Assembly: GCA_965223295.1 (NCBI GenBank)
Contig: CBDCWC010000002.1
Span: 960,001-1,024,000, forward strand
From: Nitrospirales bacterium
Lineage (GTDB): Bacteria > Nitrospirota > Nitrospiria > Nitrospirales > UBA8639
Direction: 5' to 3'
Length of the DNA: 64,000 nucleotides
The notes under the pieces: model-generated
Seen by the model: the letters and a program-made list of their open reading frames with translations, nothing else
What the model was told of the DNA's origin: nothing
Databases searched by the model: none
Program-made: the position numbers and the translations under genes
Shown: positions 1 to 9,336 of the stretch, piece after piece
How positions within the stretch are numbered: position 1 is the stretch's first letter
Layout: every line of letters starts with the position of its first letter

Positions 1-30
1 TACGTGCAGAAAATCGCCTTGCGACCTCAT
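1..30 (-). CDS. 5' end of the next gene in the UBact operon, probably a 20S proteasome subunit (truncated by window edge)
   Basis: ATG at 30 on the minus strand, 5 nt after the ubact stop, reads MRSQGDFLHV. Identity is inferred only from operon position. Confidence 0.4.
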   Translation of the reverse strand, partial: MRSQGDFLHV

Positions 31-35
31 GCCGT

Positions 36-251
36 TTATTCCCCGGTCCGTTGCCGATACTTTTCAGCTTGCTTGGGATCCACCTTCCGCATGCGCTTCA
101 TGAGATTTTCCCGTGAAGGCGAATCTGTTTCTGGTCGTTGAGGACCTGAACCCTGGTCACCAGGTCCCAGCGGTTTGGAGAGTGGATCGACCGGACGTTC
201 TTTACGATCAAACTCTCCAACTTTTTGAACATATTCATATGTGAGATTCAT
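36..251 (-). CDS. ubact: UBact, ubiquitin-like (Pup-analogous) modifier protein
   Basis: About 71 aa, low complexity, ending ...VDPKQAEKYRQRTGE (R[TS]G[EQ] C-terminus). Directly downstream of dop and arc. GAGGG RBS precedes the ATG at 251. Confidence 0.9.
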   Translation of the reverse strand: MNLTYEYVQKVGEFDRKERPVDPLSKPLGPGDQGSGPQRPETDSPSRENLMKRMRKVDPKQAEKYRQRTGE

Positions 252-271
252 ACATATTCCTCCCTCATACA

Positions 272-1822
272 CTATTTGATGACTGCTAGCCTCTCAATCG
301 CTTCACTAGGGCTATTCGCATCTTCAATCACAGATCGACAGTGAGCGACCGAGATAGGATCAAGAGAATCGAGCCAATCAAAATGGAGATTCCCGTTAAA
401 ATGAATGCCTTCCCATTGTATCGACGTAACATCTTTGCCAAATTTTTGTACACAGAGGCCTCGAAGACCACCACGAGTGTCTTGCGGCCCCTGTGTCATG
501 GCCTCTTGAATCTCACCGTCGCACACGATCTGAGTGGTCCGTCCCTCGGCTTCTAACCCACGGAACAGGCCACGTTCCGGATCCACATTATGATACTCTA
601 AGTCCAAACTTGCCAGCCAAGAATCGTCCCATCCAATCCCTTCCTCTTTCATAAATGTTTCGAGTAACCATCGCTTTGTCACCCAATCAATTTTCCCTAT
701 TAATTTATGGGGATCATCTTCCAGTTGCTGAAGAACCTGTTCCCATTGCTGAAGAATCCATTCCGTTTCTTCATCAATCGATGGTAAGACCTGCCGTGCT
801 TGCTGAAGATATTCTTGCTGAATCTCTAATCCCGACATTGCGCCACCGTGATCCCGCTTCACCACCGTCTTCAAATCGGGATCTTGAGACAATATTTGAA
901 TCGCTTCTACGGGAGAGGCCAAATTCCATGAAGGGACAAAACCTTCTGCAATCATATCCAACACCACGCGCGTGGTGCCAATTTTAAGGGCGGTCGCATA
1001 TTCACACATATTCGCGTCGCCCAGAATGAGGTGCAAGCGCCGATACTGAGCACGATTCGCGTGCGGCTCGTCACGCGTATTGAGGATTGGACGATTATGC
1101 ATCGTGTCCACACTGAGTTCCGTTTCCGTAAAATCGGCTCGTTGCGAAATCTGAAAGTTACCAGGCGTAAACCCAGCTTCTTGCGCTTCGCGGCCAACCT
1201 TGCCCGCCCCAGCGATTAATTGTCGACTCACCAGAAACGGGAGCAGACCACGAACCAACTTCTCAAACTCAATCGTGCGAGACACTAAATAATTGTCGTG
1301 ACACCCGTAACTATGTCCATGAAAATCCGTATTATTTTTGTACAACTGAATCACTCGTCCACCTAACACTTCGTTCCGACGTTGGGCGGCTAGCCATAGA
1401 ATGCGTTCTCCGGCACGGTCATGAGCAACAATATCTTTGATAGTTCGACATTCAGGCGTAGAGTATTCCGGATGAGTGTGATCGTTATAAAAGCGCGCTC
1501 CATTGGGCAAGACCAAATCACTTTTCATTTCATGAAATGAAAAAGGACGGTGCGCATCTTGTTCAGCAAAAAGATCTTCTTCTTTATCTTGCGCCAACTG
1601 GGCAACACGAAACCCGCGTTGGTCTTCATGCGGATGTTCGCCTTGATAATCCCACCGGCGGATAAAATGTCCGTCCAAATAAGCTCGAACCAATTCCATG
1701 GATTCCACAACAGGATCAGCGGTCTCAGAATCTTCCCGGGCAATCCCGTACTCCGTTTCAATACCAAATAAACGCGGGGGGGATACAAGAGATTTAGACA
1801 ATTTGAGAAGCCCGATGTTCAT
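272..1822 (-). CDS. dop: Dop/PafA2-family deamidase/depupylase
   Basis: Motifs GIETEYG, WDYxxEHPxxDxRGF (Dop-type loop), NGARFYNDHTHPEYSTPEC, SQRADF, NTRDEPHA, RRLHLILGDANM. Confidence 0.88.
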   Translation of the reverse strand: MNIGLLKLSKSLVSPPRLFGIETEYGIAREDSETADPVVESMELVRAYLDGHFIRRWDYQGEHPHEDQRGFRVAQLAQDKEEDLFAEQDAHRPFSFHEMKSDLVLPNGARFYNDHTHPEYSTPECRTIKDIVAHDRAGERILWLAAQRRNEVLGGRVIQLYKNNTDFHGHSYGCHDNYLVSRTIEFEKLVRGLLPFLVSRQLIAGAGKVGREAQEAGFTPGNFQISQRADFTETELSVDTMHNRPILNTRDEPHANRAQYRRLHLILGDANMCEYATALKIGTTRVVLDMIAEGFVPSWNLASPVEAIQILSQDPDLKTVVKRDHGGAMSGLEIQQEYLQQARQVLPSIDEETEWILQQWEQVLQQLEDDPHKLIGKIDWVTKRWLLETFMKEEGIGWDDSWLASLDLEYHNVDPERGLFRGLEAEGRTTQIVCDGEIQEAMTQGPQDTRGGLRGLCVQKFGKDVTSIQWEGIHFNGNLHFDWLDSLDPISVAHCRSVIEDANSPSEAIERLAVIK

Positions 1823-3569
1823 CCATGTCTTCTCCAGGTTTCAAGGAAGAGACGCCTACGACCTGGTCCGGATGGTAATCCAAAAGCTTCAGCCATTCTT
1901 CTGCGGAATCATCGGGGGGGAAAATTTCGCTCTCTTTGAATTCCTGATTTGTGGCGATGAGCAAATCTTCTAAGGTCAAACCTAAGGAATGTTGAGCATC
2001 GGCTTGAATAGCCCGCTCAATCGCGCGTTCTTTGGCTCGCCGAACGATTCCCGCCAAAACCGCTCCGCTCAATAAATCACGTCGATACAAGATTTCGCGA
2101 CGGCCGTTCCGCAACCGTATGGCCAGCACTCTATTCTCCTGACTTTGCTCAAACAATTTCTCTAATAATCCATCGATAATTGTTGCCACTGCAGCCTTAG
2201 CATCTGTGCCATCTTTTCCTGAATCCCGAGAAGCATAAGGGAGGTCAGACTTTAAATATACTCGTAAAACTTCTGCAACATCATGCCGTCCAGGCCTGCC
2301 GACTTTGACTTTTCGATCAATACGTCCTGGCCGCAAGACCGCAGGATCAATCATATCCGGCCGGTTCGACGCCAAAATCACCACAACCTCGGAAAGACTG
2401 TCAATGCCATCCAGCTCCGCACAAAACATGGGCACCAAGGTATTGGAGATATTGTAGGATCGCATCGTCCGTCTTGTTCCTAAAATCGACTCAGCTTCAT
2501 CAATGAAAATAAATGGCAGCTTTCCAGACTGCCGCTGCTGCCGGGCTTGCAGGAATAACTCTCGGATGATGCGTTCGGATTCCCCAACCCACATATTCAG
2601 CACTTCCGGACCTTTGACATGCAGAAACACTCCTCCGGTTATTGCCGGGAGTGTCCCAGAACCTTGAGCTGCATCCTCAGGGTTCAAGGGAACGACCTCT
2701 CGATCTTTCGCAAAGAGTTCCCCTAAGCTTGCCGCAGTAGCTTGTCCAATTAACGTTTTTCCACAACCTGGAGGCCCATACAACAAAAAACCTTTGGGTT
2801 GTTGAAATTGATATTGTGCAAACAAGTCGGCATGAAGCAGTGGATATTCAATCGACCGGCGAATTGACTCAATAGCTTCTTGCTGGCCGCCGATATGTTC
2901 CCACCGAACAGTCGGTAACTCGGCTAAGACATGCGATTGAGACTGCGTGTTTTCGAGTCGTTCAACGGCGATCTGGTGTGTCGGATCTAATCGGACCTCA
3001 TCGCCAGCCTTGATATCCAGGAGTGCCAGATTATCGGCTCGTTGAATAAGAACGCCCTGCCTCCCTGCTTCCTGGTCGATACGTAAGCGGCCTTCCCCCA
3101 AGACTTCTCGAACTTTCACGACGGGCCCACTCCGGTCATACCCAAGAGACCGGATCACAACATAGGCTTCATTGACTAAAATTTGATGCCCAACTTTTGG
3201 CAGATTTCCTTCCAGTTGAAGATCCACATTGGCGTAATACTCTGCACCTCCAACCACAATTCTCGCTACACCCTTCTCAGGAAGCCCAATCAAAGTCCCA
3301 ATCCGATTGGCTGGAGCAGTCAACTTTTCAATGACTGCCTGCATTTTCGTTCGTTCAGTTTCATGCTGTTTCGTGGCAGTTGTGAGTTCAATGAATCGTT
3401 GCCGCAATTGATACAACAGAGCAATTCGTTCATCTCCTTCAGGCAACGAGGCCAAGCATTGATCAATGAGTTCCAGTGCAGAAACGTTCGATGATCGTGT
3501 GGGATGCGCTTGAGAAGCTTGCGATTGATTCGAAGCTCGCGGAGAAACCGGTGATTGATGGTCGCTCAT
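1794..3569 (-). CDS. arc: ARC/Mpa-type proteasome AAA+ ATPase
   Basis: N-terminal coiled coil and OB-like region, Walker A GPPGCGKT, Walker B IFIDEAES, SRH ASNRPDMIDPAVLRPGRIDRK. Overlaps the dop start. Confidence 0.88.
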   Translation of the reverse strand: MSDHQSPVSPRASNQSQASQAHPTRSSNVSALELIDQCLASLPEGDERIALLYQLRQRFIELTTATKQHETERTKMQAVIEKLTAPANRIGTLIGLPEKGVARIVVGGAEYYANVDLQLEGNLPKVGHQILVNEAYVVIRSLGYDRSGPVVKVREVLGEGRLRIDQEAGRQGVLIQRADNLALLDIKAGDEVRLDPTHQIAVERLENTQSQSHVLAELPTVRWEHIGGQQEAIESIRRSIEYPLLHADLFAQYQFQQPKGFLLYGPPGCGKTLIGQATAASLGELFAKDREVVPLNPEDAAQGSGTLPAITGGVFLHVKGPEVLNMWVGESERIIRELFLQARQQRQSGKLPFIFIDEAESILGTRRTMRSYNISNTLVPMFCAELDGIDSLSEVVVILASNRPDMIDPAVLRPGRIDRKVKVGRPGRHDVAEVLRVYLKSDLPYASRDSGKDGTDAKAAVATIIDGLLEKLFEQSQENRVLAIRLRNGRREILYRRDLLSGAVLAGIVRRAKERAIERAIQADAQHSLGLTLEDLLIATNQEFKESEIFPPDDSAEEWLKLLDYHPDQVVGVSSLKPGEDMDEHRASQIV

Positions 3570-3696
3570 AACTCTCTATTCTATTCTGTGCAAACCTGTC
3601 ATAAATACATAGCTCAAAGACCCAAACGCCTCATTCGGCGAAATTTAAATATGCGAACTTCATTCTACAATGTTTGAGCCTCGTTACCCAAGTTAT

Positions 3697-3734
3697 AAAA
3701 AAAAGCGGGGAATCTGTTGCCAGATTCCCCGCTT
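3697..3734 (-). terminator. Intrinsic terminator of the RRM gene
   Basis: AAGCGGGGAATCTG-TTGC-CAGATTCCCCGCTT perfect stem followed by a U-tract on the minus strand. Confidence 0.85.
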
Positions 3735-3762
3735 AACCGCTCGGCATGTCTAGAGTAGTCTA

Positions 3763-4086
3763 TTACCAGCGATCTCCACCTCCACGACCACCTCGGCCAC
3801 CGCCGCCACGATTTCCATCGTAGCCTCCAGTACGTGGAGCTTGAGGCTTGGCCTCATTCACCGTCAGGGAACGTCCTCCTAGTTCGGTCCCATTCAGCGC
3901 ATCGATCGCTGCTTTTGCTTCAGCTTCCGATCCCATTTCCACAAAACCAAACCCTCGTGATTGCCCTGTATACTTGTCGGTAATCACTTTGGCTGATTGA
4001 ACACTCCCATGTTGAGCAAACAGGTCAGACAATTCCTGTTCTGCTGTGGCATAGGGCAAACCACCTACATAAATCTTTGAACCCAT
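3763..4086 (-). CDS. RRM RNA-binding protein with Gly/Arg-rich tail
   Basis: RNP2 IYVGGL, RNP1 RGFGFVEM, RGG-rich C-terminus. Confidence 0.95.
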   Translation of the reverse strand: MGSKIYVGGLPYATAEQELSDLFAQHGSVQSAKVITDKYTGQSRGFGFVEMGSEAEAKAAIDALNGTELGGRSLTVNEAKPQAPRTGGYDGNRGGGGRGGRGGGDRW

Positions 4087-4299
4087 CGGGGTCCCTCCTT
4101 CTAAATGCGATATTGTTTTGCACAGGTTGAGGAGAGAAGGGAAGGAACGGCCCGAGAACGCGGAACAGGAGGCGACTAAGGACTAACTTCCAATCAAATT
4201 CCTTTTGGATACAGAAGCAAAACAACATCAGTGAAAGGCCGCTTCACCTGAACCATTCATCACGCGGCCCAGACTTCGTGATGAACTTCTTTCTGTAAC

Positions 4300-4328
4300 A
4301 GCATAATCCAGAATGCGAAATAATGCAA
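4300..4328 (-). promoter_or_regulatory. Sigma70-type promoter for the RRM gene
   Basis: TTGCAT-N17-TATGCT on the minus strand, implying a leader of about 200 nt. Confidence 0.55.
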
Positions 4329-4337
4329 CACAAAGGG

Positions 4338-5636
4338 TTAGGCCCCTTTTCTTTCGTAGATCAATTCGGGCGCACTGGCTCCCTCAATCACTTCTTCGGT
4401 AATCACCACCTGCTTGACATGTCGTAATGCCGGAACATCAAACATCAGGTCCAGCATAACCTCCTCGAGAGTAGCCCGCAAACCACGGGCACCGGTTTTC
4501 ATAGAAGACGCGCGTGTCGCAATAGCTTCAATCGCTTGAGGAGTGAATTCTAATTTCACGCCATCCAAATGAAACAACGCTTGATATTGCTTGAGTAGCG
4601 CATTTTTCGGTTCCTGCAATACGCGAATTAAATCTTCAACCCGCAAATCATTCAATGACGCTAAAATAGGAAATCGCCCGACAAATTCTGGAATCAGACC
4701 ATATTTCAATAAATCTTCAGGGCGAAGCTGCCTCATTAATTCTACAGCCTTTGGAGTGGTACCATGAGAGGTGTCGGCGCCAAAACCTACACGTTTTTGA
4801 TTCGTCCGTTGCGCAATAATGTCTTCAACACCCACAAATGCTCCACCACAGATAAAGAGAATATTGCTGGTGTCAACGCGCAAAAATTCTTGTTCAGGAT
4901 GTTTCCGCCCACCTTTAGGAGGTACATTACAGACAGTCCCTTCTACTAACTTCAGTAACGCCTGCTGAACACCTTCACCAGACACATCTCGTGTAATGGA
5001 AGCGCTCTCTGATTTGCGGCTAATTTTATCGACTTCATCGATATAAATAATCCCGACTTGGGCACGAGCAATATTAAAGTCACAGGCCTGCAGTAATTTT
5101 AGCACCACATTTTCAACATCCTCACCCACATAGCCTGCTTCCGTCACCGTCGTAGCATCAGCAATGGCAAACGGAACCTGTAAGACTTTCGCTAAGGTTT
5201 TGGCTAAAAGCGTTTTCCCGGTTCCTGTAGGACCAATCAACATGACATTGCCTTTTTCCAACTCCACGTCCGGGACATCTTTCCCACTAAAGACTCGCTT
5301 ATAATGGTTGTGGACAGAAACAGAAAGAATCTTTTTCGCACGGTCTTGCCCAATCACGTATTGATCCAAAATTTCCTTCAATTCTGGCGGAGTGGGTAGC
5401 GGACCGGACGGCAAATCTAATGGAGGCTGGCTCTCAGAGGTATTTCCCGACAAAAATTTTGAACATTGCTGAACACAATCTGCACAGATCAACACGGAAC
5501 CCGGCGCCTGGCATTCCATACACACCGCTTTTGTGGGAGCTTGAATCAGGTTCGTGGCACCGTTTTTGGCTTTTCCACAAAACGAACAAATTGCATCACC
5601 ACGAGTACGCCCTTGTTTTGAATCCCAAAAAGCCAC
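4338..5636 (-). CDS. clpX: ATP-dependent Clp protease ATPase ClpX
   Basis: CSFC zinc finger, [39 protein letters not shown] loop, VGF loop, GARGLR. Confidence 0.93.
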   Translation of the reverse strand: MAFWDSKQGRTRGDAICSFCGKAKNGATNLIQAPTKAVCMECQAPGSVLICADCVQQCSKFLSGNTSESQPPLDLPSGPLPTPPELKEILDQYVIGQDRAKKILSVSVHNHYKRVFSGKDVPDVELEKGNVMLIGPTGTGKTLLAKTLAKVLQVPFAIADATTVTEAGYVGEDVENVVLKLLQACDFNIARAQVGIIYIDEVDKISRKSESASITRDVSGEGVQQALLKLVEGTVCNVPPKGGRKHPEQEFLRVDTSNILFICGGAFVGVEDIIAQRTNQKRVGFGADTSHGTTPKAVELMRQLRPEDLLKYGLIPEFVGRFPILASLNDLRVEDLIRVLQEPKNALLKQYQALFHLDGVKLEFTPQAIEAIATRASSMKTGARGLRATLEEVMLDLMFDVPALRHVKQVVITEEVIEGASAPELIYERKGA

Positions 5637-5762
5637 AGAGTCACCCTTTCTATAAATAAATGAGGCACGATTACATAATTACATAGAATGCAAATATGAG
5701 AATTTGATTACGAAACTTTGTATCATCAGATAAGAATAAATACAAATCATTGTCGCTTTCAT

Positions 5763-6815
5763 TTATGACACCGAATCCGTCGAAGCAAGCGGAACCGGGG
5801 TCCAGGACATTCCACTATCTGCGCTTCGAAACAGTCCTTTTCCATTGGTTCCTGCATACAGCACTTGGGAATCGATCGTGCTAATAGCAAGTGCTCGGAT
5901 GTTGAGGTTCGTCAAACCCCTATTGCGCGACTCCCATGTTTCTCCACTATCCTCACTTCTGGAGACACCTTCCCGGTGCGCTACGTACAGTACACTTTGG
6001 TCCTGAGGATCAAGCAGCAATTCAATCAGCATGTGATCCGGCAATGATTCTCCAATACGGCTCCAGGTTTCTCCTGCATTCCTAGAGTGGAAAAGTCCGG
6101 TTAAAGTCGCTGCATAGACTTTATCGGGATTATACGGATCAACCTTTATTCGTGTCACACTTAAGGCCCGGGAAGATTTCAAGACATCAGGATCCACTAA
6201 GCCCGTATTAACCTTTTTCCAAGTCTTGGTGCCATCTATGGACTTATAGACTCCTCCACTGGTACCCGCGTACAGCGTTTGGGGTTGCTGAGGATCGATG
6301 GCTATGGTGACCACCATCAGGACTTCCTTCATCCCTTTCATGCGCTTGACCCAGGTCTCCCCTCCATCAATAGACTCAAAGACGCCAAGAGAGGTAGCAG
6401 CAAACACATGACTACTTGACCCGGGAGCATAGACTATTTGATGAACCACCGATGAAATGGTGACTTCATGAAGACCCGTTCGCCGAGACACCCACCGCTG
6501 CCCACCATCATAACTTTTGTAGACCGCATCGCCTTTGGTCCCAGCTAAAACATTAGCCGGGAACAATGGATCAATGGCTAAGGCAATAACGCGGGAGTGA
6601 GTCATTCCGGCAGACATATTTTCCCACTGAATACCACCATCTCGAGTTTTATAAATATAATCATTGGTAGCAATATAAAAAATATTGGCTTTGGTGGGAT
6701 GAAGGCCAATTTCAACAACCGTTTCGCTCTGCCCACACCCAAAAAGAAGGAGTGATCCGACCAGGCTACAAAGAATGTGTATCGGCATCAGGCCAACCAG
6801 TTTCCGCGCAGACAA
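5763..6815 (-). CDS. BNR/Asp-box repeat beta-propeller lipoprotein (Ycf48/VPS10-like)
   Basis: Lipobox LFGC and repeated SxDGGxTW motifs. Confidence 0.75.
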   Translation of the reverse strand: MSARKLVGLMPIHILCSLVGSLLLFGCGQSETVVEIGLHPTKANIFYIATNDYIYKTRDGGIQWENMSAGMTHSRVIALAIDPLFPANVLAGTKGDAVYKSYDGGQRWVSRRTGLHEVTISSVVHQIVYAPGSSSHVFAATSLGVFESIDGGETWVKRMKGMKEVLMVVTIAIDPQQPQTLYAGTSGGVYKSIDGTKTWKKVNTGLVDPDVLKSSRALSVTRIKVDPYNPDKVYAATLTGLFHSRNAGETWSRIGESLPDHMLIELLLDPQDQSVLYVAHREGVSRSEDSGETWESRNRGLTNLNIRALAISTIDSQVLYAGTNGKGLFRSADSGMSWTPVPLASTDSVS

Positions 6816-6895
6816 AAAACCCGGCGAGACGTCAGATTGAAAGCTAGATTGGCAAACACCAGGGATGTAAGATTTCAGCGAACACGTGTTCCACC

Positions 6896-7819
6896 CTATT
6901 TAGGCGAAGATGAAGAGGGTGGAGACGGAGTAATGATCGGCAATGGAGCCACCCCAGCTTTTGGTGCACCTTCATAGATGGCCATCGCCTCGGGCATCCA
7001 ATCCTTAAGATCACTAATACGAGTTTCATGAGACGGATGAGTGGACATAAACTCTGGTGGAGCCCCCTCAGATGCCGCCGCCATGCGCTCCCAAATATGA
7101 ATCGCCTCACGGGGATCATAGCCGGCATCCGCAGCAAGGAGGACTCCCACATAGTCCGCTTCGGATTCATGTTTCCGGCTGAACGGGAGAAGCACCAAAC
7201 CTTGAGTCCCAACGCCTAATGCTTGCATGGCCAACTGATTAAGCGCCGGATCGACCCCGAGAATCGCCATCCCTATATTGCTAATCGTTAATCCTGCTTG
7301 TGCAATGGTTCCATGACTCATCCGTTCTCCACCATGTTGAGCCAACGCATGAATGACTTCATGGCCCATAATCGCCGCTAAACCCGCTTCATCTTTCGCC
7401 ATGGGGAAAATTCCCGTATAGACAGCGATTTTTCCGCCAGGCAATGCCCACGCGTTTTTGGTATTGTCATCTTTGATGACCGTGACTTCCCAATCGAACT
7501 GCTCCGCGGCTTCTGAATATTTTGAACGTTTAGCTGCCTCAATGATACGGTCCGCCACACGTTTAACGGGCTCGATTTCGCGCGGATCCTTAGAGAGGAC
7601 AACTTTAGGGTCATCGAGCATTTGAGTATACTGGCTCGCCCCCATTTGGTTCATTTCGTCTGCGGAAACCATGAGCAGCTGAGATCTACCGGTATAGGGA
7701 TTGGTCTCACATCCCACTAAAAATGCCATTCCCAATACTGCACAGAATAAGGATCTTGTGAAGGAACCCCTCAAGATTACATGTGTCATAATTCGCCTCA
7801 TCATTTTTGAAGAATACAT
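6896..7819 (-). CDS. M48-family metallopeptidase lipoprotein
   Basis: LVGC lipobox, NAWALPGG, HEVIH, SRKHESEAD, STHP. Confidence 0.9.
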   Translation of the reverse strand: MYSSKMMRRIMTHVILRGSFTRSLFCAVLGMAFLVGCETNPYTGRSQLLMVSADEMNQMGASQYTQMLDDPKVVLSKDPREIEPVKRVADRIIEAAKRSKYSEAAEQFDWEVTVIKDDNTKNAWALPGGKIAVYTGIFPMAKDEAGLAAIMGHEVIHALAQHGGERMSHGTIAQAGLTISNIGMAILGVDPALNQLAMQALGVGTQGLVLLPFSRKHESEADYVGVLLAADAGYDPREAIHIWERMAAASEGAPPEFMSTHPSHETRISDLKDWMPEAMAIYEGAPKAGVAPLPIITPSPPSSSSPK

Positions 7820-7857
7820 AAAATGAATACCCCATTTAGAGGGAGTGGGGCGCCTGT

Positions 7858-9336
7858 CTATGCTCCCTTTGGTGGATCGGGGATACGAATATCTAACTCC
7901 TGAATGTCCTCATAACGCATGAGTGCCGGCTTCGTGCCTTCTCGAGGACCCACCACTAAAATCGCAAAATCATGAGGACGCAAATGACGTTTCGCAGCTT
8001 CTCGAACCTGTGTCACCGTCACCTGCTCAATGCCTCCACGAAAAGTCTGCAACCAGGTTGAGGGATACCCATAATATTCATATGTCAGATATCGACTCAA
8101 GACCTTTGCAGGCGAATCCACGGAAAACACAAATGAATTCAGAATGCTCGCTTTCGCTTTCGTCACTTCATCTTCTGTTGGGGGATCCGAAACCATTTTT
8201 TTGGACTCAGCAATCAACGCATCGATACCTTTCCCTGTCGTTTGAGTTTTCGTTGACATTGAAAGAATAGCCATTCCAGGGTGATCCCATTGGAGTCCCA
8301 CTCCACCTTGAACATCGTAAGCCAAACCTTGCTTGGACCGAATGTTGGAAAACAGCCGTGCTCCAAATGAACCAGAGAGAATTTGATTCATAACAACCAA
8401 GGAATAATAATCAGGGTGATCTCGCCGAATCCCCAGATGCCCCATGGCAATTTTGGCTTGTGTCATATCGTTTTTTTCAACATAAAACATCCCGGCCGGG
8501 GTCTGCTCTTGGATAAATGCTATGGAGTCTTTTCGTTCTGGTCCTCTTTGCCAATCTCCAAAAACTGTATTCAGTAGGGCAACAGCGTGATCTTTTTTGA
8601 AATCTCCAACAAGTCCTAGGATGATGCGGTTAGGGTGAAAATACGTCTCATGCCAATGCACCACATCCTCTTGTGTGATGGAAAGAACGGAGGCATAGGT
8701 AGGACTCCACGTATAGGGCGACTCACTCCCATACACCAACTTTTTAAATTCGCGTGAAACAATTTCATCAGGATTATCGTTTTGTCTGGCAATCCCTGCC
8801 ATCATTCTATTTTTGGCTATTTCCAGCTTTTCAGGAGCAAAGGCTGGAGTCCGTAATATATCACCAAAGATCGACAACACCTGTGGAAAATCGTCGGTTA
8901 AACAACTCATAGAAGCCGTTCCTGCTGTCTCCCCAATACCGGTTTCAATCATAGCCGCTTTGCCCTCTAAAAATTCATCAAGTTCATCGCCAGATTGCTT
9001 AGTGGTCCCTCCTGTCCGCAAGACGGTTCCCGTCAGGGACGCGATCCCAATCTTATCCTGAGGTTCTAACCGAGCCCCTGTTTGGATAAACGCCGAAATA
9101 TTGACCAAGGGCAATTCATGATCTTCCATCAACAACACGACCATCCCATTCTGCAACACCACTCGCTCCGGCTCTGGAATGACCAGTTCTGGCAAGGGAG
9201 GATATTTCAATTCTTGCACATGCTTCACTTGAGCCTCTGCAGGCAGCGAGACATTCATCAAGATGACTGTTAGAAGACCCCCAGCACAAACGACCTGATT
9301 CATACACCATCTCATCGTTCTGATTCTGGCCATCAT
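7858..9336 (-). CDS. M16 peptidase, non-catalytic subunit
   Basis: M16 fold motifs (NGMVVLLMEDHELPLV, RLFSNIRSKQGLAY), no HxxEH, signal peptide. Overlaps its partner by 4 bp. Confidence 0.85.
   Translation of the reverse strand: MMARIRTMRWCMNQVVCAGGLLTVILMNVSLPAEAQVKHVQELKYPPLPELVIPEPERVVLQNGMVVLLMEDHELPLVNISAFIQTGARLEPQDKIGIASLTGTVLRTGGTTKQSGDELDEFLEGKAAMIETGIGETAGTASMSCLTDDFPQVLSIFGDILRTPAFAPEKLEIAKNRMMAGIARQNDNPDEIVSREFKKLVYGSESPYTWSPTYASVLSITQEDVVHWHETYFHPNRIILGLVGDFKKDHAVALLNTVFGDWQRGPERKDSIAFIQEQTPAGMFYVEKNDMTQAKIAMGHLGIRRDHPDYYSLVVMNQILSGSFGARLFSNIRSKQGLAYDVQGGVGLQWDHPGMAILSMSTKTQTTGKGIDALIAESKKMVSDPPTEDEVTKAKASILNSFVFSVDSPAKVLSRYLTYEYYGYPSTWLQTFRGGIEQVTVTQVREAAKRHLRPHDFAILVVGPREGTKPALMRYEDIQELDIRIPDPPKGA

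Noticed and set aside
36-251. Calling the small modifier Pup
   Set aside because: It lacks the Pup GG[EQ] terminus. RTGE matches UBact.
341-3494. Plus-strand ORFs antisense to dop and arc, and similar shadow ORFs throughout the window
   Set aside because: They lie opposite well-supported genes and have no motifs or RBS.
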